Source: Diplonema japonicum
Taxonomy: Eukaryota; Protista; Euglenozoa: Diplonemea
Direction of reading: 5' to 3'
Assembly (NCBI GenBank): GCA_964019335.1
Contig: OZ025753.1
Location: 186,001-250,000, forward strand
Length of the DNA: 64,000 nucleotides
Part shown: in pieces, positions 1-11,048 of the stretch
How the letters are laid out: each line of letters starts with the position of its first letter
How positions within the stretch are numbered: the stretch's first letter is position 1
The notes under the pieces: model-generated
Seen by the model: the letters and a program-made list of their open reading frames with translations, nothing else
What the model was told of the DNA's origin: nothing
Database searches by the model: none
Position numbers and translations under genes: made by a program

Positions 1-484
1 CACCTTGACTTTTGAAGGAGAGGAGGTCGGGGGTGAGGGTGATGGGAGGCTCGTAAGGGATCTTCCTTTTCAGGATCAGAGCACGCTGCATGTCCTTCCC
101 GACAAATGCTACAAGACACGAATAGAACTCGAAGCCCTGGGTTTCGGCAATAGCCTGGACTCTGTACTTCATCGTGTTGAACTTGATCCTGAAAAGCTGT
201 GCTATGTTTTGAGTCTGATGGCAGAGGCAGGCTGTGCAGCGACAAGGAGAAGCTGGGTGAGGTACTTCATGCAATAAGTGGACGCAGCGACAGCATGGCC
301 ATGGCCCCCCTGTGTCGATACGCTGCTCTCAGTTACAGATGGTGGATGTGAACTCCAGCCTACATCTATTCACGCATTTGTCAGGGCAGCGAACCACAGA
401 CACACGGCGGTGATTGGCGTACTTCTAAAGCATAACGCGTCTCATAAAGGTTTTGGTACCGACGGTGTCGCTTCTTCCGACTGA
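1..484 (+). pseudogene. 3' part of a ubiquitin-like + ankyrin-like ORF interrupted by an in-frame TAA at 275-277
   Basis: LTFEGEEV...VRDLPFQDQSTLHV resembles the Ubl at 51131 (LTFNDEVL...GDCPFADQSRVHV). After the TAA the same frame continues with ankyrin-like AFVRAANHRHTAVIGVLLKHNA. The 5' end lies outside the window. Confidence 0.45.
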
Positions 485-571
485 GGCCACCTTTTTTTGG
501 AAAATAATAAATTATTATTATTTTTTTTTCTTCTTTTCTTTTCCTTCACATTTTCACTCAAATAAAATAAA

Positions 572-605
<34 letters not shown>

Positions 606-722
606 AAAGGGAGGGAAGGGGGAGGGGAAGGGTTGAGGAAGGGGGCGGGTGAGAATAACTTCAAGAAAAAGAAAAAAAAAAAAAAAAAAAGGGAAAGAAA
701 AAAAAAGAAAAAAGAAAAAACC

Positions 723-1697
723 ATGAAAATAATGCGCGCGTTCGCACTGCTTCTCTCTGTCCTGTCTCTGTCCACGCCCTGCTCCTGCGAAGTCAAGACC
801 CTGCAGATCAAAACGCTTAAGGCCGACTATTCAGACCTCCCTAAAGGCTGGCCCACAAAGCACAAGCTGGGAAAGGGTCTTCAGGACATGGAAGACATTG
901 CCACATGGAGAGGCACAGTAAAGTACAACGACAAGGGCTTTTGGACAGAAAACACAGGCGGGAAGTGGAAAGAAGGGATCTTGTTGGTAATCGGCGGGGC
1001 GTACCCTGGAAGGGGAAGGGACATGAACGCGGTCGATCCGCTGTTGAAAGCCGGCTACAACGTCTGGGTGAACCGCATCTCTTCCGTGTCCTTCGCCGTC
1101 ACACACGGCAGGGAACAATGGGGCTACCTCAACTACCTCGCTGACCCTGAACGGCCAAGAGCCGACATTGTGGTATTCTTACATGGGCATGCAAAGGCAT
1201 GGCATCATGACAACATCCCTCTACAACGTCTAGTAGAAACTGCAGTAAGTTGTTCTCAGGATACTCGTAACGTGGCTGATCTCAACGCGCACTGGATGGA
1301 GGACCCCGAGGCCTCAGAAGCAGTTGTGGAGCTGTGGAACCGCCTTCTCGGTCCATTCGGCCGTCCCATGCAAAAGGGTGTCGCGGTGTCGTCTCCCTCC
1401 GCTGCTCAGTTCGCCGTCCCGTTCGGGAGAATAGACGAAAACCCAATAGAGTTTTACCAGGCCGCCCTGCATGCGGTTCTTACCGACGAGGCCTACGACG
1501 GGTGGTTCTTCGAGTACACCTGGCATTTTATGTTCGGTGAGGCGCAGGATATGACCAAGATACGGAATCGGTACCCCTGTCCGCCGCCGCTGCCCGTTGT
1601 CAAGAAGATGCCGATTCACTCGAAAGCTGCCGTCGCGATGTTTGTGTTTGTGGCCTCGGTGCTTGGGCTGAAGATTGCCATGCGTGCGTTGCGATAA
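723..1697 (+). CDS. DUF3431-family secreted/membrane-anchored protein
   Basis: Signal peptide MKIMRAFALLLSVLSLS; motifs GREQWGYLNYL, VFLHGHxxAWH, AQFAV, FEYTWHFMFGE; C-terminal hydrophobic helix. Likely start is the ATG at 723 after the A-tract. Confidence 0.8.
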   Translation: MKIMRAFALLLSVLSLSTPCSCEVKTLQIKTLKADYSDLPKGWPTKHKLGKGLQDMEDIATWRGTVKYNDKGFWTENTGGKWKEGILLVIGGAYPGRGRDMNAVDPLLKAGYNVWVNRISSVSFAVTHGREQWGYLNYLADPERPRADIVVFLHGHAKAWHHDNIPLQRLVETAVSCSQDTRNVADLNAHWMEDPEASEAVVELWNRLLGPFGRPMQKGVAVSSPSAAQFAVPFGRIDENPIEFYQAALHAVLTDEAYDGWFFEYTWHFMFGEAQDMTKIRNRYPCPPPLPVVKKMPIHSKAAVAMFVFVASVLGLKIAMRALR

Positions 1698-1751
1698 GAT
1701 TTTTTTTTTTTTTTTTTTTTTTTAAGAATTTCTTTTTTTTCCAGGTGGGGA

Positions 1752-1908
1752 TAACATTCTCAGGGTGTTGAATCTTGGTTACCCGGGCATTAAAGACACG
1801 GCACGGAACGCAGAAGAAGCTACAACTCGGCCGCGGTGCGCCCCTGTAATCAAGTAGACAGTTCTTGTGCAGGGCGCCGTCAACACCGGCCTCCTTCAAC
1901 TCTTATAT
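1752..1908 (+). mobile_element. SINE-like repeat, internally deleted copy
   Basis: Shares GAATCTTGGTTACCCGGG, GGAACGCAGAAGAAGCTAC and CCCCTGTAATCAAGTAGACAGTTCTTGTGCAGGGCGCC with 5231-5541. Confidence 0.75.
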
Positions 1909-2029
1909 TTTTTAATTTTTTTTCCCCCTTCAGTATCGGTCATTTTTGTTTTTTGTGTCATTGTCACCAGGGGTGTGAAAAGAGATCTCTCCCCACCGCA
2001 TGACTCTATCCTATTTTTTTTTTTTTTTT

Positions 2030-2559
2030 TTTATTTCACTCTTCGTCATTTTCTTCACTCACTAGGGGCCTCATTATTTAACGCGAAACGGCCATTATTT
2101 AACTGCAAAATCTCATTATTTAACTAGGAATTAATGCTCATTGCATTACTGCAAGTTAGTTACTGCTAGTTAAATAATGGCCCTTCAGAGTGGAAAAATG
2201 GGTCTCGCCGTGAAAAAAAATGCACCCAACCTCTTGAAAAGTTTTTTTGGGGTGGGGGTATTTTGACTATTTTTGGCCATCTGAGGCCATTCCAGCCCTT
2301 AAAAGTGGGAATAAGTGCCTTACTTCCCCTTTAAATGCCACGGCGAAATAGCTGCCCTGTATTACCTTAGGAAAATCCCCAAAAAGCTGACCTGCGTGAA
2401 AAAAAAACAGCAGTGAAAGCAGTGAAGAGTGAGTGACTCAAATGACGAAAAGTGAAATAAAACGACTTACTTGCCGCCAAATGAGCCCCTGCGGGCCCTC
2501 GTGCAAAAAATTCGGGAACTCGAGTTAAATAATGACTCATTATTTGTTGGCAATAAATA
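2030..2559. repeat. ~0.5-kb dispersed repeat (MITE-like) with inverted repeats and CATTATTTAAC sub-repeats, copy 1
   Basis: Near-identical to 11779-12270. TTTATTTCACTCTTCGTCATTT..TCACTCACT (2030-2063) is an imperfect inverted repeat of 2428-2460. Confidence 0.8.
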
Positions 2560-4110
2560 AAGGGGGGGCCTGAATAATTCCCTCCCAAATAATGTGTTTT
2601 TTCCCAAATAATTCTTTTTTTTTTTGGGGATTTTTCCACTCCAAATTTCCCAAATAATTCCCAACCCCCTTTCTTTTTTTTTTTTGGGGACCAGGGTGGG
2701 GGGGGTCACATGGTAGTCATGCAATGGGCTTTTCTCAGTTATGCCTGTGCAGGGTACTAGCCTACTTATTCTTTCCCACCCCTTTTTATCTATTTCTTCG
2801 CTTCTTCATCCTAACTTAAAACCATTTCAGCTACCTAACCCATTATGACACCCCTTTTTTGACCAAAAAGTCGATTTTCACCTGGTTTTGGGCACTTATG
2901 AGCAATTCCTTTGCATTTTGAACAGGGACCACAGGGTTTGGCACCTGGGTTATTGTGGGGGACTATTTTTCTTAATGCAAGAAGCTAGCTGGTTTGTGAT
3001 GAACGGTTCAAAATTTCACAGAACCACTTAGTTCAAAGGCGCTTGTGGGTGGCCTGGGTGCTTCTGCATTGTCAGAAGGGCATGTGCATTCATGTGTTGA
3101 CAACTTATCCAGTATTTGCTTTGTTTCATGGCCCACAATGTCAATATTCCATTCCTGAGCAAGATCCCAAAGTTGTGTCGTAGCCCACTGGCAGTATTGT
3201 GAGGCTGCTTACACAAGTAAGAGTGCAGGCCCAGTGAGCCATAGAAGATGAGAAATATATTATAGTGTGACATGATCAGACTGGAACGGCCACCCTGGGG
3301 CATCCTCTGCTCAACCCAGCAGACGTGGGAGGCCCTTCTTCAGAAGGTGCCAGTTGCTTGATCAGTGCCATCATGCACGCTATATTTTATTAGTACAAAT
3401 ATAACAATCGATTGAAAAGGAAAAGTCTGTATTGTGAGGCTGCTTCTCACCATTTTGAGGGGTTAAGGGGGGCTGTGGCATGCCCCAAGCAGCCGAGGTG
3501 GGACGTTGATGACTGCAGCAGAGTGCCGAGTCAACGTGGCACTGTGGATAGGGCAAGCACATGAGAAAGGTCATGCAACTGCTCAACACCTTTAGCTATA
3601 TGCAATCTCACGGCTACCTTCCAGGTAGTTCTGAGGAGGCCATACAGCTAAGGGCACTTAGCAAAGTTTAGACAGTGCAGCACAGAATGTTGTTGCAGGT
3701 GTTACAATGGACACTACACCTGATGAGACTCCAGCAGCCTCCCAAGCCCTTGCAGCTTCTCAAGCCCTGACAGTTTCTCAAGCCTCTCAGACCCCAGCAA
3801 CCTCCCAGCAACCACCTAATGCCAAAACCAGGCAGTTTGTCTGCAACGTTTGTGGGTTCTCCACAGCCTGGGAGAAAAACTGTTAAAATTTCCCTTGGAA
3901 AAAAAAAGGGCATGAAAAAAGTCTTGGCACGATTTGGCATGTTAAGATTTCCAAAGTGCTCTAAGCCCTGCTCCCTGCTTTCCGTGTGGCAGGCCCCCCA
4001 GCCCAAATAAATACAACCCAAATAAGTGTATTCCAAATAATTCTTTTTTTTTGGAGCCCTAACACCCCCCCTCCACTGCCCAAATAAAGGGATTATTCAG
4101 GGGGCCCCTT
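2560..4110. mobile_element. 1.55-kb non-autonomous TIR DNA transposon with TA target duplication
   Basis: Termini AAGGGG..CCTGAATAATTCCCT / AGGGATTATTCAGG..CCCCTT; TA at 2558-2559 and 4111-4112. The empty site GGCAATAAATAGCT is present in the repeat copy at ~12257-12270. Subterminal CCCAAATAA repeats. Confidence 0.8.
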
Positions 4111-4148
<38 letters not shown>

Positions 4149-4149
<1 letters not shown>

Positions 4150-4716
4150 GGCAGGGGATGTCCTACGGGAGTACACGAAGGAGGTGCTGAGGTGGATGCG
4201 GCAACTGCGCTGGTATGCAGGCAGCAGGAACACGTCAGTGTCGACGGTGGAGCTGGCACTGGATTTCGAGAACGTGACCGGGAAGACCCTTGGAGGGAAG
4301 CTGGGGGATCTCGCAGAAGTACAGCAGAAAGCGAGGAGATTGCATGGACTGATGAAGAAGATCTGGCACACATGGGAGCTAGGGAGGGTGCTGAAGAAGG
4401 TGAAAGGAAGGAGGGCCTTCCCAGCTGAGCCGAGCACAAGGGTGCACACACTACGATCCATCGGGAGGACAAAGGCGGTGATCGGATGGAACAGGAGGGC
4501 GATATTTGCATCACCGAAGACCAAGCATGACCTAGAGGCGTTGAAAGGACAATGGGCGAGAGAACGAATAGAAAGAGCGGCCAGGCTGGGGAGAAGGCCG
4601 GCAAGACCACCAAAGGAGGAGAGACCGCTGCTGAAAGGGGATAGGTGCAGGTAGAAGATGAGAACAAGGGGGCGTCTCACAAAGACTTCCTTTAACTCAT
4701 ATATATATATATTTTT
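4149..4716 (+). mobile_element. LINE family A, 5'-truncated 3' fragment
   Basis: Nearly identical to 17095-17655; ends GACTTCCTTTAACTC(AT)n(T)n; preceded by a T-run. Confidence 0.92.
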
Positions 4717-4971
4717 TCTTTTAGCCTTCCACTCTGAAAGTGTTGTTTCCGACACATGCGAGTGGGGTGTTGTGGGACAGCAGAGCAGCGGAGAGAACGA
4801 AGTAAACTAATTAGCGAGCAGTATCCCTGGAAGAGGCGACAGAGATGCTTGTTCAGCGCTAACCAGCGCACCGCAAAAAGTAAGATCGAGTTTTTTTTTT
4901 CATTATTATCTATGTTCACTCATTCATTACAGCAGGCAAGAGTATATTGGTATCCGGCACCCCCCTCCTTA

Positions 4972-5151
4972 GGGCTATGTTGGCAAGAAACGGGGAAACG
5001 TTTCCGATTCCGTTTTCGCATCCGTTTCCTTTATTTTTTTTTTTTCAGATACTTTAAGGAAAACGAAACTGTTTCCGTTTTTCCGTTTCCATCAAAAAGA
5101 AAGAGAAAAAAAAAGAAACTTGGAAAATGCGTTTCGTTGCCAACATACCCC
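4972..5151. mobile_element. MITE with GGGxTATGTTGGCAA TIRs and internal CGTTTCC repeats
   Basis: GGGCTATGTTGGCAAGAAAC ... GTTTCGTTGCCAACATACCCC; related copy at 31188-31362. Confidence 0.6.
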
Positions 5152-5230
5152 GCCGCCCTGCTCCCTCTCCCCCGTATCCTCTCAGCAGCACATTTATTTT
5201 TCTCAATTTTTATTTTCAGGTGGTGGGGAT

Positions 5231-5541
5231 AACATGAAAATATAAGAAAAACATCAGATGTGTTGTTCGCTGTTGACCTCCTCGTCGGTCATCACCGGTA
5301 GCGCCCGAGTGGAAGAACATAATGCAGATGCTCAGGGTGACGAACAGGCAGCAAACTGCACGAGCGCAGAATCTTGGTTACCCGGGACGCACCGGCTGGG
5401 GTTGAGCTGTACACCGCACGCATTAAGGACACGACGCGGAACGCAGAAGAAGCTACAGCTCGGCCGCGGCGCGCCCCCTGTAATCAAGTAGACAGTTCTT
5501 GTGCAGGGCGCCGCCAACACCGGCCTCCTTTAACTCATATA
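5231..5541 (+). mobile_element. SINE-like repeat, longest copy, ending in the LINE-A 3' tail
   Basis: Runs from AACATGAAAATATAAGAA..CATCAGATGTGTTGTTCGCTGTTGACCTC to GGCCTCCTTTAACTCATATAT; partial copies at 1752, 21950, 40929, 45325 and 49337. Confidence 0.75.
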
Positions 5542-5722
5542 TTTTTTTTTTCTTCCGCTCGTGCGCACAAACAAATGGAGCGCCAAACTAGTTTTTTTTT
5601 TTTGTCTTTTTCTGCGGGCAAAAAAAACAAATCGAAAAAGAACGTGGGCTTTTTTTTTTTTTTTTTCACACAGCGCGGTCGGTGAGCGCAAAAACGCATA
5701 CCTTAAAAGAATAGTTTTTTTT

Positions 5723-6068
5723 TCCGTTGCACGCTTAACGCCGCTTAGTGTCGCAATCAAAGCCCCATTTTTTTTTTTTGGAAGAAAGTGTTACGCTGGC
5801 ACAGAGGACCACTACACCACGCGTCCTCAAAGAGCATCGAGACAGCAGTGGCGGAAGGTAAAAGTCAGATGGTGAGCGCGTCCTCCCTCCGATCCATTGG
5901 TGCAATTAAAAGGATCCGAGGAGGGTATTCCTGCAGACCCACGCGTTGTACAAAAAGGAGTTTGACCTACCCCGAACCTTCACGAAGAATCCCCACCCCA
6001 GCTGCCGATAAAAATGCAACACTCCTGCCAAATAGTGTTGCAACCAAAGCCCCATTTTCTTTTTTTTT
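5723..6068 (+). mobile_element. Two 3'-end remnants of LINE family B
   Basis: TAGTGT(C/T)GCAA(T/C)CAAAGCCCCA(T)n at ~5746 and ~6033; CGAAGAATCCCCACCCC.CTGCCGATAAAAATGCA matches 36982-37017. Confidence 0.7.
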
Positions 6069-6842
6069 TATTTTCTTTTTTATAAGGTACAACACAACTT
6101 TGGTTACTGAAGAAATTGTGTTTTTTTTTTCCCTCCCCCCTCCCACTAGGGTAAAGAAATATAAAAACAAAAAACAAAAAAAAAATAGAGCAAAATAAAA
6201 CTGTTTATTTACTGAACAGAAAGAAAGAAAATTTGAGTTATCCGTAATGAGAGAGTTATTTTGTTTATAACTCATTTTGGAGGGGCAACGTAAATTGTTT
6301 TTTTTTTATATTACCCTCCCCCTTCGTCATTTATATTGCTCATCGGCCGAGGGGGGGGAGGGGTGCAGTAAAAAAAGAAAGTAAAATGACAAAAACGAGA
6401 AAGTCTTTCAAAAGAGTCCCTTTTTACAGGAAAAGGCTTCTTTCTTTTGTGAAGAACGGGGGAGGGGGGTATTTTTTCTTTTGTCCCCGACTGCTCGATG
6501 GGGATATGATCGTCCAGAAGTACTTGGGTGGCTTGCAGTAAGATTTCTGTTCTTACTGATTAGGATACCTGCGTTAAATTATAGACAAGAAAAAACCGAT
6601 CCCCTCAGTCATGCTGTCGAGTTGACACAAAGAGATAGACTTCCAGCTAGTGCTGCAACCAAATCCCCCCCACCCCCCCTCCCCCAGATCACAATTCTTT
6701 TCTCTTTCTTCACTTGAGCATTCCTTGGAAAAGCTGTTTGTGGCGCCCATGGATATGGCTCTCCTTTTTTTTTCTTTTTTTTTTTTTTATATTTTGTTTT
6801 GTTGTTTCATTCTTTTTTTCCTTTAACTCATATAATATATAT

Positions 6843-8282
6843 GGGTCGATTTCAAAACCCCCCCCCCAAAATGAGGCCAATTGACACTTTCGTTGCATCT
6901 TTGGGCATGCCGCCCCCTTTAAAAAAAATTCTCCATATTTTACGGCCCATATTAGGAAAGAACCCGGGTCAGAAATCGCTCAAGGGTGCTATTTTGACCT
7001 ATGAAAAATGTTGAAGGTGGAAACCTTCATTTCTTAGTCTTCTGCAGTTTAGATGTGCTGCTGCTGCTGGGTGGGCGACCTCGTTTCTGTTTCATATTAT
7101 TAGGCCTTCTACCGCGTTTTGGGGGGGTTTTAAGAGGCTCATTCGCAGGTGTGCTTGGTGCTTCGGGCTTGTCATGCTTCTACGGGGGAAGTGTCGAGTT
7201 TCTTTTGTAACTTGATAACAATTCTTTCCCGTTTTTCAAGTCCGGGAAGGCTATCAGGAACGTCCTCATACTCATCACAAGATTCATAGACTGGGGGCCT
7301 TTTCTCTGCCCTGTCTGCATCAAGTTCTTTGATGACGTACTTTAGTTCCTTCCAGCTCGTGGATGCACATGTTGTAGCAAATACACCCTCCGGAGTACTC
7401 TTGAACCCATATGCGCCTGTAAAGTCCGGGAACTCAAGAATCTTCTTTTTGTACGGGCCAAATACATCAGTAACTACAAATGCAGAGGTGTACCGTATCG
7501 TATTGGTGATGTTCACTATTTGTTCGACAGTTTTAATTGTTGTGGAACGAGACACCCGAAGCCAAACACGAGAAAGCACTCCGAAGTGGCTGTCCCTGCC
7601 GTTTTTGCCGTGTTTCTCCCCCAGAAACCACAGGGAAAACGTCTTATCAGCATAGACGTCACGAAGACCAAAAAGAACAAAATAGCAAAATTCCTTTGCA
7701 CGAAAGTGACGCCCACTGTCAGTCCAGAGAATCCACTCCATTTTTTCGGGGATCGCAAACCCACTAGCCAGGACAGTTTTCAGGCACTCGATAACGCATT
7801 TCACGTCAGTATTCAGACTTGAAAGCACACAATCAACATGCATGGGGTATCTTAATTGTACCCTGACGTAGAATCCTGGTTCCAAGTGGGCCACTTCTGG
7901 TAAGCAGGACCGATGTGTTCCCATTTACCCTTTCTCGGTCCGAATACCTTTTTTTTACCCCTAGTTTCTCAACTGCAAGTTTAAAAGCGTCCATTTTTGG
8001 AACCCCCCCCTCTTTTTCTGAAGTTGTTTAAAGTGGGAAAACCTTTTTTTGGAACCCCCCTCTTTTACTGAATTTATGCAAAGTGAAAAAACCCATTTTT
8101 GCCCCTAGGACTGAATTTTTTGGCTACTAGTAACACTCACTTTCCAATTTTATGGGGTGTTTTTTTTCCTAACCTGGGCCGGGAAAGTTGTAGAATTTTT
8201 TTTTTTTGGGAAAAAGTACTTAGAGAAATATTGAAAGTGTCAATTGGCCTCATTTTGGGGGGGGGGGTTTTGAAACGATGCC
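6843..8282 (-). mobile_element. 1.44-kb TIR DNA transposon relic carrying the catalytic/C-terminal part of a Sola2-like DDD transposase
   Basis: ~45-bp TIR (TTTCAAAAC(n)AAAATGAGGCCAATTGACACTTTC at 6850-6891, inverse at 8233-8275); ATAT flanks; ORF 7172-7924(-) with WTDSGRHFR and FLGEKHGKNGRDSHF. Confidence 0.8.
7027..7924 (-). pseudogene. Truncated transposase with a frameshifted basic tail containing AT-hook-like KRGRRP/KRGRPP
   Basis: DDD-type core motifs; after the frameshift near 7180 it reads KHDKPEAPSTPANEPLKTPPKRGRRPNNMKQKRGRPP...KK*. Confidence 0.65.
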
Positions 8283-8290
8283 ATATATAT

Positions 8291-9835
8291 GGTCACCTCT
8301 CCGCTATTTGTCAATGCTTTTTTCGAAAAATGCGAAAAAACGCTTTTTTAAATATTCACAAAAAAGGGGCAGCATGCAACCACAGGAAGTATGAAAGAAA
8401 CGTGTAAATAATCCCGAAAACTCCGTTAAAGGGCTTGCTTTTGAGAAAAAATACAATGTGGAGGGATGAAACATAAAAATGAACCGAAATTCGGCTGTCA
8501 CGAAAACGGGGAAAATGCAGCAAATCCCGATTTATTCACCCAGAAACACGCAGCATTTAACCATAGATCTCTTATTCAAAATTTTATTGACAATCTGCAG
8601 CCAAAGAGGGGTCCAACTGGAAGGTGCTTTTGTCTCTGTACAATCTTCGGTGGGCACTAGTGAGCCAATTTGTGTGCGTTTTTTGGCCTGTTTTTGGCCC
8701 TCCTGATTCAGGCAATAAAATCAGATTTTCTACACAGCGACACTTCTAAGTGCTTCAGAGTGCTCTTTTGGCCCAACAAACACCATGAGGTACTTGTGGG
8801 GTGCTGTTGGGACTCTTGCAGCGGCTTTTCGGCATCTACTGCAAAGAGCCGGATGAATTCGGTGGTTCAGAACAGCCCTTCTTAGGACATCGTCAAGTTC
8901 TTTTCCTTGGGCAACAGTGACACGCGTTTGTGTTACAGAACACGAGAGTCCCCCGCAGGGAAAATGCGTTCTGATACATTGTCGGCAGGCATAGCCTGCG
9001 CTATTGTGACTTGGTGGCAAAATGAATCGATTCTGCATCAAAGCCGCAGAACAATTCGTGTTTCTCCCAGGAGTGATCAACGCATTGGGCTGCGATACAC
9101 CCAAGGCACTTTTCATGAGTTCCACGTACAGTACCTGGGCTCGGGTGCTGATGTAGTTGGCTCCACCTTCCTGAAGAAACGCCCCGAGACAAATCAGGCC
9201 GAATTTCCCAATGGAAAAGTTCCAAAAAATGGCAAAATCAGCCTTGGTAGGGCCCCTACTGGGGGGGACACCAGCCAGGTGGCCCCAGAGAAAAAAAAAT
9301 AAAGTCTGTTTTTTGGGGTGCCAAGTGTGTGTGGGTCTCCAGAAAACCTTTTGGTACCCAGGTCCCCCAGGTTCCAGGGACCTTGCCAGTGCCCACCGAC
9401 ACCGAGGTGCTGATGCAAGACCCACACCCAAACCCGTCTTAGAAGCCCACAACGCCGCTATGCGCCGTATCGGCTGCACCGACTGCTCTGAAGTCACTAC
9501 CCTTGAAGGGCTTCACGACTTCACAGTGTGTGACCCCAACAGCTTCGACTGCATGGCCTGAGGGAAGCTGGATAACAAGATACCGGTTCTCGTGGCGTAT
9601 GAACACAGTTTGCACAACTTTGACATGGAATTAAAGGGAAAAGTAGTGTAAATCCTGCTTAATTTTCGCTGGGTTTAAAGAAAGTAAAAAAAATGACAGC
9701 ACCTAGCCATGATTTTCTTATTCAAAATTTTATTCCACTTCTGGAGCAAATCCAGGCACGGCTTTTTGATTTTTACACTTAAAGAAATATGAAATTTGCG
9801 GGCAGTACTTTGTGACAAATAGCGGAGAGGTGACC
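8291..9835 (+). mobile_element. 1.55-kb TIR DNA transposon relic with an N-terminal Sola2-like transposase fragment
   Basis: Perfect 23-bp TIR GGTCACCTCTCCGCTATTTGTCA (8291-8313 / 9813-9835) flanked by (AT)n; ORF 8907-9302 has RSDTLS..IVTWW..TFHEFHVQY..VGSTFLKKRP. Confidence 0.8.
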
Positions 9836-9887
9836 ATATATATATATATATTTCATTTCACCTTAAGTATTCGAGGGGAAAAAAAGA

Positions 9888-11048
9888 ATGAAAATGCCGA
9901 CACTGGAAAAAGCGAAGCAATTCTTCATCGCGCAGCACCTGCTCATCTTTCTCGCTATCGCCTTCACATGGGGCCTCGCATGGCCGAAGCCCGGGAAAGA
10001 CCTGAGGTACTACTCCTTCACATTCGGGGGTGGAGAGATGGGAACAATGTCCAGCATCAACGTAATGATAATATTTTTCATCAGCGGGCTCCGGCTTAAG
10101 ACCGACGACGTGTTAAAATCACTGAAGGCACCCGTCCCCCTCATCATCGCGATGGTAATGATCCTTCTGGTTACGCCTGCCGTGGGGTTTCTCCCAGCAA
10201 ATGTAGATATGGGCGTGGAAGAATTTAAAATCGGCTTCGCATTATTCTGCTGTGTACCGACAACTTTAACAAGCGGGGCCGCACTCATCGCTCAAGGCGC
10301 ACCTAACGCAACAGTCTTATCACTCATGATCACAATGATCACTAATTTGCTCGGGACAGTGACCGTTCCGTTTGTGTTAAAGCTTGTTCTATCTGACACC
10401 GATGTTACGCTGGATGCTGTGCAGCTTCTTTTAAAGCTTGTTTTGCTTATTTTAATACCATCCTTCGCCGGGAAGATGCTCACAGTCGTCTTCAAGAAGC
10501 TCTCCGCGTTTTCGAAAGAGTACAAGGTCCCGCTCACGATATTTTCTAACGCAAATTTGGTGATGGTGGTGTGGATGTCCATATCCCACTCCCAAAGCAC
10601 CATTGTTGATCAAACTGCAGGAAATGTCTTCGCCGCCATCGGTTCCGCCATCGCTCTGCACCTTATATTCTGGGCTTTGAACTATTTCATTTATTTCCTG
10701 CCCAGTTCCGTGGTGCCGCACAAGGACCATTCTCGTGCTGTGTTTTTGCTAGCTTCGCAGAAAACCCTTCCTGTTGCACTTGCCATCATTAACGGTTTCG
10801 ACTCTGATGTTGGTGAGAGCGGGTTAATTGCTCTACCTTGTATTTTCGGGCATTTGTCCCAGTTGGTAATTGATTCATTCCTCGTGAACAGGTGGGTGAG
10901 GAAGGACGCGGAGGAGAAGGAGAAGAATGAAAAAGAGGGGGAAGGGGGTGTGTCGCTACCCCTGTGTGTCGTTGTCGACAAGGATGCGGTGAGAATACCT
11001 CCCAAAGAAGAAGGGGGACCGGAGAAGAAGTCGCAGGAACCTTACTGA
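9888..11048 (+). CDS. Bile acid:sodium symporter family (SBF-like / BASS4 / SLC10A7-like) transporter
   Basis: About 10 TM helices; motifs IFFISGLRL, FCCVPTTLTSG, TNLLGTVTVP, ASQKTLPVA, HLSQLVIDS. Confidence 0.9.
   Translation: MKMPTLEKAKQFFIAQHLLIFLAIAFTWGLAWPKPGKDLRYYSFTFGGGEMGTMSSINVMIIFFISGLRLKTDDVLKSLKAPVPLIIAMVMILLVTPAVGFLPANVDMGVEEFKIGFALFCCVPTTLTSGAALIAQGAPNATVLSLMITMITNLLGTVTVPFVLKLVLSDTDVTLDAVQLLLKLVLLILIPSFAGKMLTVVFKKLSAFSKEYKVPLTIFSNANLVMVVWMSISHSQSTIVDQTAGNVFAAIGSAIALHLIFWALNYFIYFLPSSVVPHKDHSRAVFLLASQKTLPVALAIINGFDSDVGESGLIALPCIFGHLSQLVIDSFLVNRWVRKDAEEKEKNEKEGEGGVSLPLCVVVDKDAVRIPPKEEGGPEKKSQEPY

Noticed and set aside
257-278. Intron or read-through removing the TAA at 275-277
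   Set aside because: The available GT..AG spans are only 17-22 nt and not multiples of 3; TAA is a normal stop elsewhere (e.g. 1695-1697).
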